Positions 16,178 to 25,316 of a stretch of 29,669 bases of DNA are shown here, piece after piece. The stretch is taken from positions 1-29,669 of the IMG/VR virus record IMGVR_UViG_3300025423_000068, one strand, 5' to 3'. Each line of letters begins with the position of its first letter. Within the stretch, counting starts at the first letter, position 1. The DNA comes from a virus. Lineage: Duplodnaviria > Caudoviricetes. Under the pieces are notes generated by a model. That model worked only from the letters and a program-made list of their open reading frames with translations, did not search any database and was not told the DNA's origin. The position numbers and the translations under genes are program-made.

Positions 16178-16531
16178 TTAACGTACCCAGTGCTGTGCTA
16201 ACACCATTGCACTTAACCACAGCCACATAGTATTGAAACCGACCAATGTAGGTAGAGATTTCTTACGGCTTGCCCATATCAATGTAGCGCTTGTAATTAG
16301 AGTCAAATAATAGAGCTGCCAAATATTAATACCGAATATCAATCCCGGTACAATAATAATTGCTTTAGCAGCCCACGAAACGAATTCAATTATGTTATAA
16401 TTTGTCCAGTACTCTTTCTTGAACCACATTGCATAACACTCTCTAATATGCTTCCAGTTTATAAAAGAGTATAACACCGCAATTATAGTAGCCCAAGTAA
16501 GTGTTGCGAATAGTATTTGATGTGTTGTCAT
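16178..16531 (-). CDS. Multi-pass small membrane protein
   Basis: 117 aa, about four hydrophobic segments, Trp-rich. Confidence 0.8.
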   Translation of the reverse strand: MTTHQILFATLTWATIIAVLYSFINWKHIRECYAMWFKKEYWTNYNIIEFVSWAAKAIIIVPGLIFGINIWQLYYLTLITSATLIWASRKKSLPTLVGFNTMWLWLSAMVLAQHWVR

Positions 16532-16535
16532 GGTT

Positions 16536-16829
16536 TTATTTACGGTTTTCTAATACTTGTTTATCCCATACTTCACGAATATAGGCAACATATTTGTGTA
16601 AAAAGTTTTTAGCTTCTTCTAATGTATTAAGCTGATGATAGCCTTCTGGTGGTAAGTCTGCACCAGGCATACTCAAATCACCCATAGCCCCGATCATCGG
16701 TTTAAATTTACCGTTATCGAGCTGACGTATAACAAGATAACAGCAACGATAGTCCCATCGTTCCCAGATACCACATTGTAAGTCTTTCCACTTAGAAGCG
16801 GCTTGTCTACGTAAGAATGCTTTATTCAT
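16536..16829 (-). CDS. Hypothetical protein
   Basis: 97-aa ORF with a promoter 7 nt before the ATG. Confidence 0.75.
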   Translation of the reverse strand: MNKAFLRRQAASKWKDLQCGIWERWDYRCCYLVIRQLDNGKFKPMIGAMGDLSMPGADLPPEGYHQLNTLEEAKNFLHKYVAYIREVWDKQVLENRK

Positions 16830-16836
16830 AGTACCT

Positions 16837-16864
16837 ATAATGGTACTTTATTAAGTTAGTGCAA
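16837..16864 (-). promoter_or_regulatory. sigma70-like promoter, leaderless
   Basis: TTGCAC (16864-16859), 16 nt, CATTAT (16842-16837), 7 nt, ATG. Confidence 0.5.
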
Positions 16865-16867
16865 GCT

Positions 16868-17119
16868 TTAAGATGAGGCGGAACCGAATGCTACTCTATT
16901 ACCACGGAAGTTGGTGATAATCCAACTAATATTAGAGGTTGCAGATAAGCTACGTAAAGCAGGGAGATTAGGTGTAACCTCTTTACCTTGTACGGTAAAC
17001 TCTTTTGCATCAGCAACAAGGTAATACATACCTGTTGTAATGTCTGCTCCATCTGTATAAAGAGCTTTTTGTTCGTTACCAGTTAACTCACTAACATTGC
17101 CAATTATCGTTAATTGCAT
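16868..17119 (-). CDS. Hypothetical protein
   Basis: 83-aa ORF closely coupled to its neighbours. Confidence 0.65.
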   Translation of the reverse strand: MQLTIIGNVSELTGNEQKALYTDGADITTGMYYLVADAKEFTVQGKEVTPNLPALRSLSATSNISWIITNFRGNRVAFGSASS

Positions 17120-17123
17120 ATTA

Positions 17124-17360
17124 TTAAAAATCAGGATATACTATAATATTCTTTTTTGGGATTGCACTAAAAAAAATCGCCTCTGGATTATTTATGGAAA
17201 GCCACTCCCGGAAACTGAGTGGAAAGTCATCTTTAAATAACTTTACCGTATCAATATCTATAGTTCTATCTTCCTCTATACATAAAAGAGTCTTAACTGC
17301 ATCCTGTTGAAAAGATGCCATCTTACATTCAAACGCTATATCTAAAAATTTAACGGACAT
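17124..17360 (-). CDS. Hypothetical protein
   Basis: 78-aa ORF starting just after the terminator U-run. Confidence 0.6.
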   Translation of the reverse strand: MSVKFLDIAFECKMASFQQDAVKTLLCIEEDRTIDIDTVKLFKDDFPLSFREWLSINNPEAIFFSAIPKKNIIVYPDF

Positions 17361-17363
17361 TTG

Positions 17364-17406
17364 AAAAAAAAGGAGCCTACTATATACTCGAAATAGTAGG
17401 CTCCTT
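17364..17406 (-). terminator. Rho-independent terminator
   Basis: Perfect 14-bp inverted repeat AAGGAGCCTACTAT (17370-17383) / ATAGTAGGCTCCTT (17393-17406), 9-nt loop, U-run on the minus strand. Confidence 0.9.
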
Positions 17407-17419
17407 GCGGGTTTAATGA

Positions 17420-17644
17420 TTATCGTGATTGACGAACCTTAGCCCAACGGCCCTTGGAGTCACGAACGTTGTAAAAACGAGGTTGTAGAATGATTTGACT
17501 TGAACGATTCAAGAATCCAAGTACATTGTACTTAGTTGGATTGAAACGACGGACAGCTGCATTCATACGAGTCTCTACACTTTCGTCACCGAGGGTGCGG
17601 GTATTGATGTCTTTTACGATGATGTTTTCTGCTATTGTTTGCAT
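17420..17644 (-). CDS. Small basic protein ending in an RDSKGRW motif
   Basis: 74 aa, Arg-rich; TAAATA (17657-17652) upstream and a strong terminator downstream. Confidence 0.8.
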   Translation of the reverse strand: MQTIAENIIVKDINTRTLGDESVETRMNAAVRRFNPTKYNVLGFLNRSSQIILQPRFYNVRDSKGRWAKVRQSR

Positions 17645-17732
17645 AAGGTTTTATTTACCTGGTTATTATAACATAGGAAAAATATAACTCCACTTGCTTT
17701 TAACAAGGATTTAATAAATATTTGCATTATAC

Positions 17733-17948
17733 ATGAAACAATACATTGCTGTAATAGGTCTATACAATGAAATCACTACAGAACAAATTTCGTTAAAAGA
17801 AATTAGTATAAACGCAATTGATATGTATCAAGCTCATAAAGAGGCGCTATTTAAATGCAGTGCACCAGACGGACAAGTTGTTTTACGTATATTCGAAGTA
17901 CCAGGTAAGTTTATAAAGTACGACTTACTTAAAGGTTTCTTTACTTAA
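17733..17948 (+). CDS. Hypothetical protein
   Basis: 71-aa ORF with TTGCTT (17694) and TAAATA (17715) upstream; convergent stop overlap with the 1116-aa gene. Confidence 0.65.
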   Translation: MKQYIAVIGLYNEITTEQISLKEISINAIDMYQAHKEALFKCSAPDGQVVLRIFEVPGKFIKYDLLKGFFT

Positions 17949-20900
17949 ATTTTATTACCTGTACCTGGTGAAGGTAGTTGTCTACTGACTTTAGGTTTTA
18001 TTAATTTAATTATACTTGATTGTAAGTTAAATATGTAAGTCAGTACTCTGTTAACAACCTCTGTTGTAACAAATTCATTGCTATGTACAAAGTAGTTTTG
18101 ATCGATAGAATAAGTGTTGACAATATCCATACTACTTAAAGGTATTACAGTAAACCCATTACCACCAAATGTAGCTGGAATTAAGTTACCGTTGTAATCA
18201 AGACTTACATTGTATCTGCCCTGTATTGCTTTATACAATATTTCATGGTTCTTAAGAAGACGTAACACACTCTTATTATAAACCCAGTCTTGTATAAATT
18301 CGTTTTGATCTATTGTAATTGCAGAGAGCGGTAAGAACAGCGGATCTACATTGGTTACATTGTAAAGATTTAATGTATTAGGTATATCTACGTATTTAAA
18401 TACACGAGCATCTGTAGGTAAGAAAAAGTTTAATCTATCATCAATGTAACCTGACTTAAAGGTTTCTTGTGCACCTAAACTATAAGAGTTAGGATCGGTA
18501 ATACGATTTAAAGCTACACCACTTGTAAGGTACTTGTAAATGTAATTAGGTGTAATGAAATACATGAACGCTCCTGTAGGATCGACTACCATCTTCTTTA
18601 TAAGTGTAGTTGATTGAATGTTACCAGCTGGACTGATGTGCTTTGTGTTGCTTGGTAACGGGAAAGAGTTAACTAAATTGCTATCACTATCAAGTTCAAA
18701 TACTACATACGGAGAGGAATAGGTGTAGTTGGCTGCAGTAGGTGTAGTGTTTGATAAACCAGAACTAAACTCATTATTACCTAATGCCTTTATTGCAAAA
18801 CCACTGTACGTGATACCAGAAGCTGCAGCATATGTAATTGTCTGTGTTTGGCCTATAATAGAACCACCTAAAGAAACAGCTGCAGCAGATAACATCACTG
18901 CACTTGTTAATAAAGTATAGCTCTGACCACCATTTATTAAACCATAAAGCGAGAACGCTGATAATGAATTAATGGTGTTGTTTAATAGTCTTGCACCATC
19001 ATGTACAAATGATACACTATAAACTGTAACATCTGGTACTGAAACTGCACTTACACTCTTTACAGCTGTTAACAAGCTTACATTAGTTAATACAGGAGCA
19101 ATAGGTGCAAATGTTTGACCTAAAGCATAAACATTATTAGTAACAGGATTAACTTCAACGTGCTGTATACTGTAAGCGCTCATTGCTGAGTTGTAAATAG
19201 TGTTAACCCAGCTTAAAGCAGTGTTGTACACTTTAACACAACTGTTGTTACTATCAGCTACATATAACAACTCGTTACATGCTCTAATATCTGTAGCAAC
19301 GTTAAAGTTGTTGTGATCTGAAATACTACCTGTGTTACCACCTACTTTTTGAACACCCTTCAGACCTGAACTTGAAAGAGCACCTGTAATTACCAGGTCT
19401 GCTTTATAAACCGTATTAGTATCAAGAATGTAAAGTTCATTATCAATAACGTCAATTGCACTTAAGCTGTTAAATACAGGTATACTGTTACCTAAGTTTG
19501 CAGCACTTAGTATTAATGTATTACGCCAATCGTTAGTGCGTACTTGAATATGATCAGCTACTAACCCTGCACCACTATAAGCAATGTACGTATAATAGTC
19601 AGGAGATAAATTATTTGTAAACCTATACGATTTTATATCCTTAATGATACCATCTGCAACACCAGTTGCAGAGATGTTACTGAAGGAATTATCCCAGTTT
19701 AGTCCGGCTATATTAGTATGCCATGCAAAAGCAGATGAATTGTAAACACCAGTTGAATAAGAGTTAGGAGCTAATTGCGCAGTCCATTCTACTAAATAAA
19801 ATGTATTGTTAATGTTTAATGCCTGAGAAGCATTTCTTATATAATCAAAATTATCGTATAACTTAGTGAAAGAAGCATTTATTACATCTGCTACTGCCCA
19901 TTCGTTAGAACCAATCAATACATCCTTTAATTGATAAGGTAATGTAGGTATTTGAGTTGTAGGATCAAAATAATTAGCTACATTATATGTTGGTAGAGTA
20001 TCTTTAATGTAAAGACCAGATAAACTACCACCTCTATATAAAGTACGTGCAGTTGCTAATACACCATTAAGTGAATTTACTGTTACGTTGTAAAACGAAT
20101 TACCAGGTGCTGCGTTTTGATAGGTATAAGGTAAAAAGTTTTCAGCAGTAGCAGAAGCAGTGTATGTTACCGGTACTGTACTACCACCATCACCCCAGTT
20201 CACTCCGTATTGTGTTACACCATAAGATATCGGGTAAACAGTTTCAACCCAAAGTGGTGTGTTTGTAAGGGCTACTACAGTTGGTGAATAAACTGCAAGT
20301 TGACCTGGAGGTGCCCAGTTTATAGTAGCATATGTGTAACCAGAAGTATGACCGCTTGGTGGTGCATTATCTGCAGCAAGCGCTCTTACTGTTAATGTAT
20401 ATGAACCAGAATGTGTACCTATAGCGCTTGTTGCACCGAATCCTGTAGTAGGACTAAACGTATCATACATTACCCCGGTAGTCCAAGTTACACCACCATC
20501 TGTTGATGTATCAAGAGAGATGGCATCTAATATACCAGCTGAAGATTGACCTATAACAGTAGCATATACTGTTGTACCAGCTGCAACTATTATTGGTACG
20601 TACTGGTTACCACCACTAATAGTTAATCCATTAATTTGTAATATTACAGTTGGATAAGCTGGACCTGTTGGAGTAACAGTTGGTGTAGGGGTTGGTGTAT
20701 TAGGTATACCAGTCGGAGACGGAGTGGGGGTAGGTGTACCTATAGGTATTAAAATAGCAGTTACACTAATTGCACCCTGTACTGGTGTAAATTGTGTAGT
20801 TTGACTAAAAATATTAGAAACAGCGCCAGCTGGTGCAGACCAGTACGAAAATGTGTAACCCGACCCGGTAAGATCTATCGATATGGTTGGTGTCGAGTTT

Positions 20901-21295
20901 AAAGGTGTTAAAAATGAAGGCGTAACAGTGCCTATACCTGCAGGGCTTGTGTTAACTGTAATTAACACCGGATCAGTGGCATTAATGGTTACTGTAATAT
21001 CAAACACTCTTTGACCTGCAGAGTGAGTATAATCTCCACTTACATCAACTATATTAATAGTACCTGAAGCATTACCTTGAGTATAGGAATAGGTATTAAA
21101 ACCTAAAGGTGCTGTATTAGCATAATTTGAAAGAGCTGTTTCTACAGCATTTGCATCAGTTTGAGCAGCTACTGATAACCCAGAGCTGCTTATTTCGCTC
21201 GTAAACTGCGTCCATATATTTGTCGTATATGTCCAGCCATGTGTAGAGCTGGTGTAATATGCGATTGTCTCTTTTGTATTGGTATAGGATGCCAC
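17945..21295 (-). CDS. Large putative virion (baseplate/tail fibre) protein with InlB-B-like, Pro/Thr linker, Ig-like, PKD-like and NHL modules
   Basis: GYTFSYWS...TTQFT (InlB-B-like), PTPTP linker, VNWGDG (PKD), LYVADSNNSCVKVYN (NHL); Ser/Thr/Asn-rich; TAAGTA 7 nt before the GTG. Confidence 0.75.
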   Translation of the reverse strand: MASYTNTKETIAYYTSSTHGWTYTTNIWTQFTSEISSSGLSVAAQTDANAVETALSNYANTAPLGFNTYSYTQGNASGTINIVDVSGDYTHSAGQRVFDITVTINATDPVLITVNTSPAGIGTVTPSFLTPLNSTPTISIDLTGSGYTFSYWSAPAGAVSNIFSQTTQFTPVQGAISVTAILIPIGTPTPTPSPTGIPNTPTPTPTVTPTGPAYPTVILQINGLTISGGNQYVPIIVAAGTTVYATVIGQSSAGILDAISLDTSTDGGVTWTTGVMYDTFSPTTGFGATSAIGTHSGSYTLTVRALAADNAPPSGHTSGYTYATINWAPPGQLAVYSPTVVALTNTPLWVETVYPISYGVTQYGVNWGDGGSTVPVTYTASATAENFLPYTYQNAAPGNSFYNVTVNSLNGVLATARTLYRGGSLSGLYIKDTLPTYNVANYFDPTTQIPTLPYQLKDVLIGSNEWAVADVINASFTKLYDNFDYIRNASQALNINNTFYLVEWTAQLAPNSYSTGVYNSSAFAWHTNIAGLNWDNSFSNISATGVADGIIKDIKSYRFTNNLSPDYYTYIAYSGAGLVADHIQVRTNDWRNTLILSAANLGNSIPVFNSLSAIDVIDNELYILDTNTVYKADLVITGALSSSGLKGVQKVGGNTGSISDHNNFNVATDIRACNELLYVADSNNSCVKVYNTALSWVNTIYNSAMSAYSIQHVEVNPVTNNVYALGQTFAPIAPVLTNVSLLTAVKSVSAVSVPDVTVYSVSFVHDGARLLNNTINSLSAFSLYGLINGGQSYTLLTSAVMLSAAAVSLGGSIIGQTQTITYAAASGITYSGFAIKALGNNEFSSGLSNTTPTAANYTYSSPYVVFELDSDSNLVNSFPLPSNTKHISPAGNIQSTTLIKKMVVDPTGAFMYFITPNYIYKYLTSGVALNRITDPNSYSLGAQETFKSGYIDDRLNFFLPTDARVFKYVDIPNTLNLYNVTNVDPLFLPLSAITIDQNEFIQDWVYNKSVLRLLKNHEILYKAIQGRYNVSLDYNGNLIPATFGGNGFTVIPLSSMDIVNTYSIDQNYFVHSNEFVTTEVVNRVLTYIFNLQSSIIKLIKPKVSRQLPSPGTGNKI

Positions 21296-21305
21296 GGCTT
21301 AATAC

Positions 21306-24300
21306 TTACTCCCAGATTATGGATCGCAATTGTGTGTGAGCTGGTGCTGTACTTGCAGCAGCTGCTCGTAAATTACTTTCTACTATAGCCTGTACTGCTG
21401 GATCTTTTATACCAGAGTTTTTAACTCTAATATTATAATACTGAGACTTAGAACCAGGTAAACGATGTAAGAAGAATCTTTCTATTTCTTCAATATATCC
21501 ACGGGTATTTGTTGGTATATTCCATGTTAAATCGCTAAACTGATTTAATAGATAATTCTTTGTAATTGCTTTTACATCAGATGGGGTTAAAGCTAAATCA
21601 TAAACACGTAAATCCGCTATACTACCATCAAATATATAGGTATCAGGTATTTTAATCCAACTATTTAAGGTACCAGTTTTAAAGTTACTTGTACCTATAG
21701 CTATTTGTGGGTTGTTTTTATAATTGTAAACAGTATACAATATTGAAGGTAGAGTGGTTGTTACTGGTGGGTTTATTATATTAGGTGGTACGGATGCACC
21801 AGGAGCCGACCAGTTAACAGTTATTGTCTTGTAGCCTGAAGTTTGAGCTGGCACACTATCATCAGCAGCTAAAGCTCTTATCTTTACTGAAGACGGACCT
21901 GTAGCAGTTAATGGGTAATTGCTATTAGCACCACCACCTGTTACATAAGCACCACTTGGTGGACCAAAATACGAGTACAACCACCCGGTAACAGGAGCAT
22001 TACCAACAATCCATGTAGCACCACCATCATATGATATATCAGCTGATACCGCATTTAAGAATTGTCCGTAAGACTGACCAAATACAGTTCCATTAACTGT
22101 AGCATTTGAAGCCACGTTAATTGTATCTCCGTTATTAACCGCAATACCATTAATTATTAATGTTACTGTTGGTGGTGGAATTGAAGAGGTAGGAGTTGGT
22201 GTGTAAATGGTTTGTTGTGTTGCAACTTTACCGTCTACATATAACTTAGCAGTATTGGTTTGATCAAAAGTGATTGTAAAGTTATGCCACCCTGCTTCTA
22301 ACGCAGATGTACCATAATTTAAAGTAATATAATTTGGTGTAGGGTTAGGTACTGTGGAATCACCGGTTACTAATTTAGCTCTAACACCAGGAACTGTTAT
22401 ATATGGGGCAACATATTTTCTTTGGTAATCGAAACCAGTACTATCACCACCAGGTATTAATCCTGGTATAGACATACTGTTAACTATATTACCATCCATA
22501 TCTAACTTATAAACAAATTGTGACTTACCATCAAGAATTAACCCATAGTACACTACCCCACTTGAAGTATATTCTGCTATGAAGTTTACTACTCTAATGC
22601 TTGTTGGTGCAACAATAGGGTTGTTAATGTTAATTTGTTTTGTCCAAATTACATTACCGTTGTAATCTATCTTAGCTACATAGCTATTGTTGTATGTAAC
22701 CCAAAGGCTATCAGCTTGATCACAATTTAAATATTCAGGAGCATTTATACCGAGTACAGCTATACCATTTTTATTAAGTACCCACGAAGTAGCAGAAACA
22801 CCATCAATACCATTACCAGAAAGAGTGAATACGTTGCTTCTACTATCTACTGTAGCATTAGTACCGTACCACATTTCATAACCACTTATTGAAGCAGAAG
22901 ATGTAGTAGGTATATTAGTTGAATACCAAATAACATTACCAGATAAATCTAAAGTAAAGTTGTTATATGCAGTAGTAGCAGAAGAATTGGTATTTGTACC
23001 AGAAGCCAATAAAACACCGTTTGTGTTGTACCTTCTATACGATACAGTAGAAGTTGAAGGGTGGTTTTTAGTTACAATGTTAACATTACCACCACTACCA
23101 GGTACAATATATGTATCGGTTATTATTGTTCCAAAAGGTAAATTAGTACTTAATGGTACTCTATTGGTTATTAAATCAGATGGGTCAAGTGTAGCTAAAT
23201 AGTTTTTATAAGCGTAATTATCTGCAATATAATAAGAAGTATCATATGTATTCTTTACTATAAACGAAGGAGTTGTCCATGCTGCAGATAATGTAGAAGC
23301 AACAGAACCACCGAACAATGGAGTATAGATATAATTTGTAAAATTATAAGGTTCAGAATTTAATAAAACAAAATCAGTATTATATGTTTGTATTGTACTG
23401 CTTACTACACCAGTACTTGAATCCATACGTGCTGCTACGGTAAAGTAAGGTGTTAGTATTTTGTTATTATTAAATAACCCGACACCACCATTAAAATAAT
23501 TACCGACTATTTGATCACCTTGTATTTTAGTCCAATCTGGTTGATAAGCGTAAAAAGATAAAGAGGTACCAGCACTATTTGTAAAATCGCTATTAGCTGT
23601 GTTTATATACCCATATGTATTACCTACATCATAATAAGGTACTTTTAAAGTACTGTCTGTTACTTGATTAGAAGGTTGAAAACCAACTATACTACCTGCA
23701 GTTAACCCGTCTACACTATTAATTAAGTTTGTGTCCCAGTTTTCAATATGATATGCTAAACCAGTAATACTATCAACGATTGTTTGATTATCTTGCTCAC
23801 CAACTCTATGATAATAATACAATGCACCTTGTTCAAAGGTTAAAGTTGAAGGTACATCCCACACTAAATTAGGATAATTATTTAAGCTCGCAATTAATAA
23901 GTTTTTATTACCTAATATTAAACTACCTTCAATTGTTGTTAAGTTTACAGCAGCTGGATTATAATATCTATCAACCCAAACCGGTCTTGTAACGTTATCC
24001 GTACCTATAACAGCAGCCGATAACCAAGAACAGAAATACACTCCGTTCTGTGGGTTGTTTGATGTTTGACCCCAGCTACTATAATTTCTATAACCTGCTG
24101 TCTTTTTAAATATCTTGTCTGCACGGAAAGGTGATACATCTGCTCGTGCACCATAATCAATTAGTGTTGTACTACTTAAAGGAATTATATATGTATTAGA
24201 ACTTAATAAAGGAGATGTAGTAGGTTTGCTATATGGATAATGGAAGTACGTATCGTTGTCTTTTGTAAAGGTAAGTCTTGACGTATCTGCATTATACCCT

Positions 24301-25280
24301 ATATAAATCTTATCAAACCCATCATCTTCGTTAAGGCCGGTGTATATTTTAGTGTAGTTTCTTAAACTTGCACTTAATACAGCAGTCTGACCGTGCATCG
24401 GAGAATAATAATTCTTTAGTGGGTTAATGTTTGCATCTATAACTGCATTACCTGCTGTTAAATTTTTAAATGCACTACTTATAAGATAGTTAAAAGGTAC
24501 GTTACCAGAACTATTATCAACAATAAGGGAGTCATTAGTGTTTCTATATTTTACTAAATCAGACTGACCTAATGCCTGTAAACTGTTATGAGTATTACTA
24601 TCATTTAGTCTTGTAGCGTAAAATACGCTACTCATTGGTAATACTAAATTATTATACGAAGTACCTGAAATACCGTTAAAATAAACACTATTACCGTTAC
24701 TAACAAGCCACTCTGTTTGTATACCTAAAGCTTGAGACACTAACGAGAGCGCACCCTCGCTTAACATATAATAATAGGTATAAGATGAAGGATCTATTAA
24801 TGTGTTTACTGGGCTACCAGAAATTGTATTAATATTACTATTACATACCAAATATATATTCTGTGTAGATGTTTGATAGGGTATAGAATAAAATATTTGT
24901 ATTGTGCGTGGTGTGGGTGTAAAGTAAAAATTAAATACTGTAGCAGATGCAGGGTTAACTGTTAAACTGATGGTACTGCCTTCTGTATTGAGAGGGTCTG
25001 TAGCATACAGGTAATTACCAGCATAATCTCTTATTAATGTACTATAGACGTAACTCTCAGGTAGCGGTGCAGTTATCTCGTTAGTTAAACCGTTACTCAG
25101 TTTAAGTTGCTGTGTTAGCACTAAAAGCTGTTCATTATTAAGTGTAATATCCACTGCACTCGCCAGTAGTGAGGAATCAGTATAATTTACATCATCAAAA
25201 GTATAAACCACACCACCTTTAATGGATATATTATCATCATATCCATAATTTAATAATACTGGTGTAGCACTAAGAATCAT
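21306..25280 (-). CDS. Large putative virion protein with beta-propeller-like region and C-terminal LamG/concanavalin-like domain
   Basis: GWHNFTITFD...LYVDGK and IAIG...FDGSIADLRVYDLALT (LamG); KIDYNGNVIW and KLDMDGNIV blade-like repeats; C-terminal APAHTQLRSIIW; TAAATA 6 nt before the ATG. Confidence 0.8.
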   Translation of the reverse strand: MILSATPVLLNYGYDDNISIKGGVVYTFDDVNYTDSSLLASAVDITLNNEQLLVLTQQLKLSNGLTNEITAPLPESYVYSTLIRDYAGNYLYATDPLNTEGSTISLTVNPASATVFNFYFTPTPRTIQIFYSIPYQTSTQNIYLVCNSNINTISGSPVNTLIDPSSYTYYYMLSEGALSLVSQALGIQTEWLVSNGNSVYFNGISGTSYNNLVLPMSSVFYATRLNDSNTHNSLQALGQSDLVKYRNTNDSLIVDNSSGNVPFNYLISSAFKNLTAGNAVIDANINPLKNYYSPMHGQTAVLSASLRNYTKIYTGLNEDDGFDKIYIGYNADTSRLTFTKDNDTYFHYPYSKPTTSPLLSSNTYIIPLSSTTLIDYGARADVSPFRADKIFKKTAGYRNYSSWGQTSNNPQNGVYFCSWLSAAVIGTDNVTRPVWVDRYYNPAAVNLTTIEGSLILGNKNLLIASLNNYPNLVWDVPSTLTFEQGALYYYHRVGEQDNQTIVDSITGLAYHIENWDTNLINSVDGLTAGSIVGFQPSNQVTDSTLKVPYYDVGNTYGYINTANSDFTNSAGTSLSFYAYQPDWTKIQGDQIVGNYFNGGVGLFNNNKILTPYFTVAARMDSSTGVVSSTIQTYNTDFVLLNSEPYNFTNYIYTPLFGGSVASTLSAAWTTPSFIVKNTYDTSYYIADNYAYKNYLATLDPSDLITNRVPLSTNLPFGTIITDTYIVPGSGGNVNIVTKNHPSTSTVSYRRYNTNGVLLASGTNTNSSATTAYNNFTLDLSGNVIWYSTNIPTTSSASISGYEMWYGTNATVDSRSNVFTLSGNGIDGVSATSWVLNKNGIAVLGINAPEYLNCDQADSLWVTYNNSYVAKIDYNGNVIWTKQININNPIVAPTSIRVVNFIAEYTSSGVVYYGLILDGKSQFVYKLDMDGNIVNSMSIPGLIPGGDSTGFDYQRKYVAPYITVPGVRAKLVTGDSTVPNPTPNYITLNYGTSALEAGWHNFTITFDQTNTAKLYVDGKVATQQTIYTPTPTSSIPPPTVTLIINGIAVNNGDTINVASNATVNGTVFGQSYGQFLNAVSADISYDGGATWIVGNAPVTGWLYSYFGPPSGAYVTGGGANSNYPLTATGPSSVKIRALAADDSVPAQTSGYKTITVNWSAPGASVPPNIINPPVTTTLPSILYTVYNYKNNPQIAIGTSNFKTGTLNSWIKIPDTYIFDGSIADLRVYDLALTPSDVKAITKNYLLNQFSDLTWNIPTNTRGYIEEIERFFLHRLPGSKSQYYNIRVKNSGIKDPAVQAIVESNLRAAAASTAPAHTQLRSIIWE

Positions 25281-25316
25281 GTATAATATTTATTGTGAGT
25301 TATGTAACATTATTAC

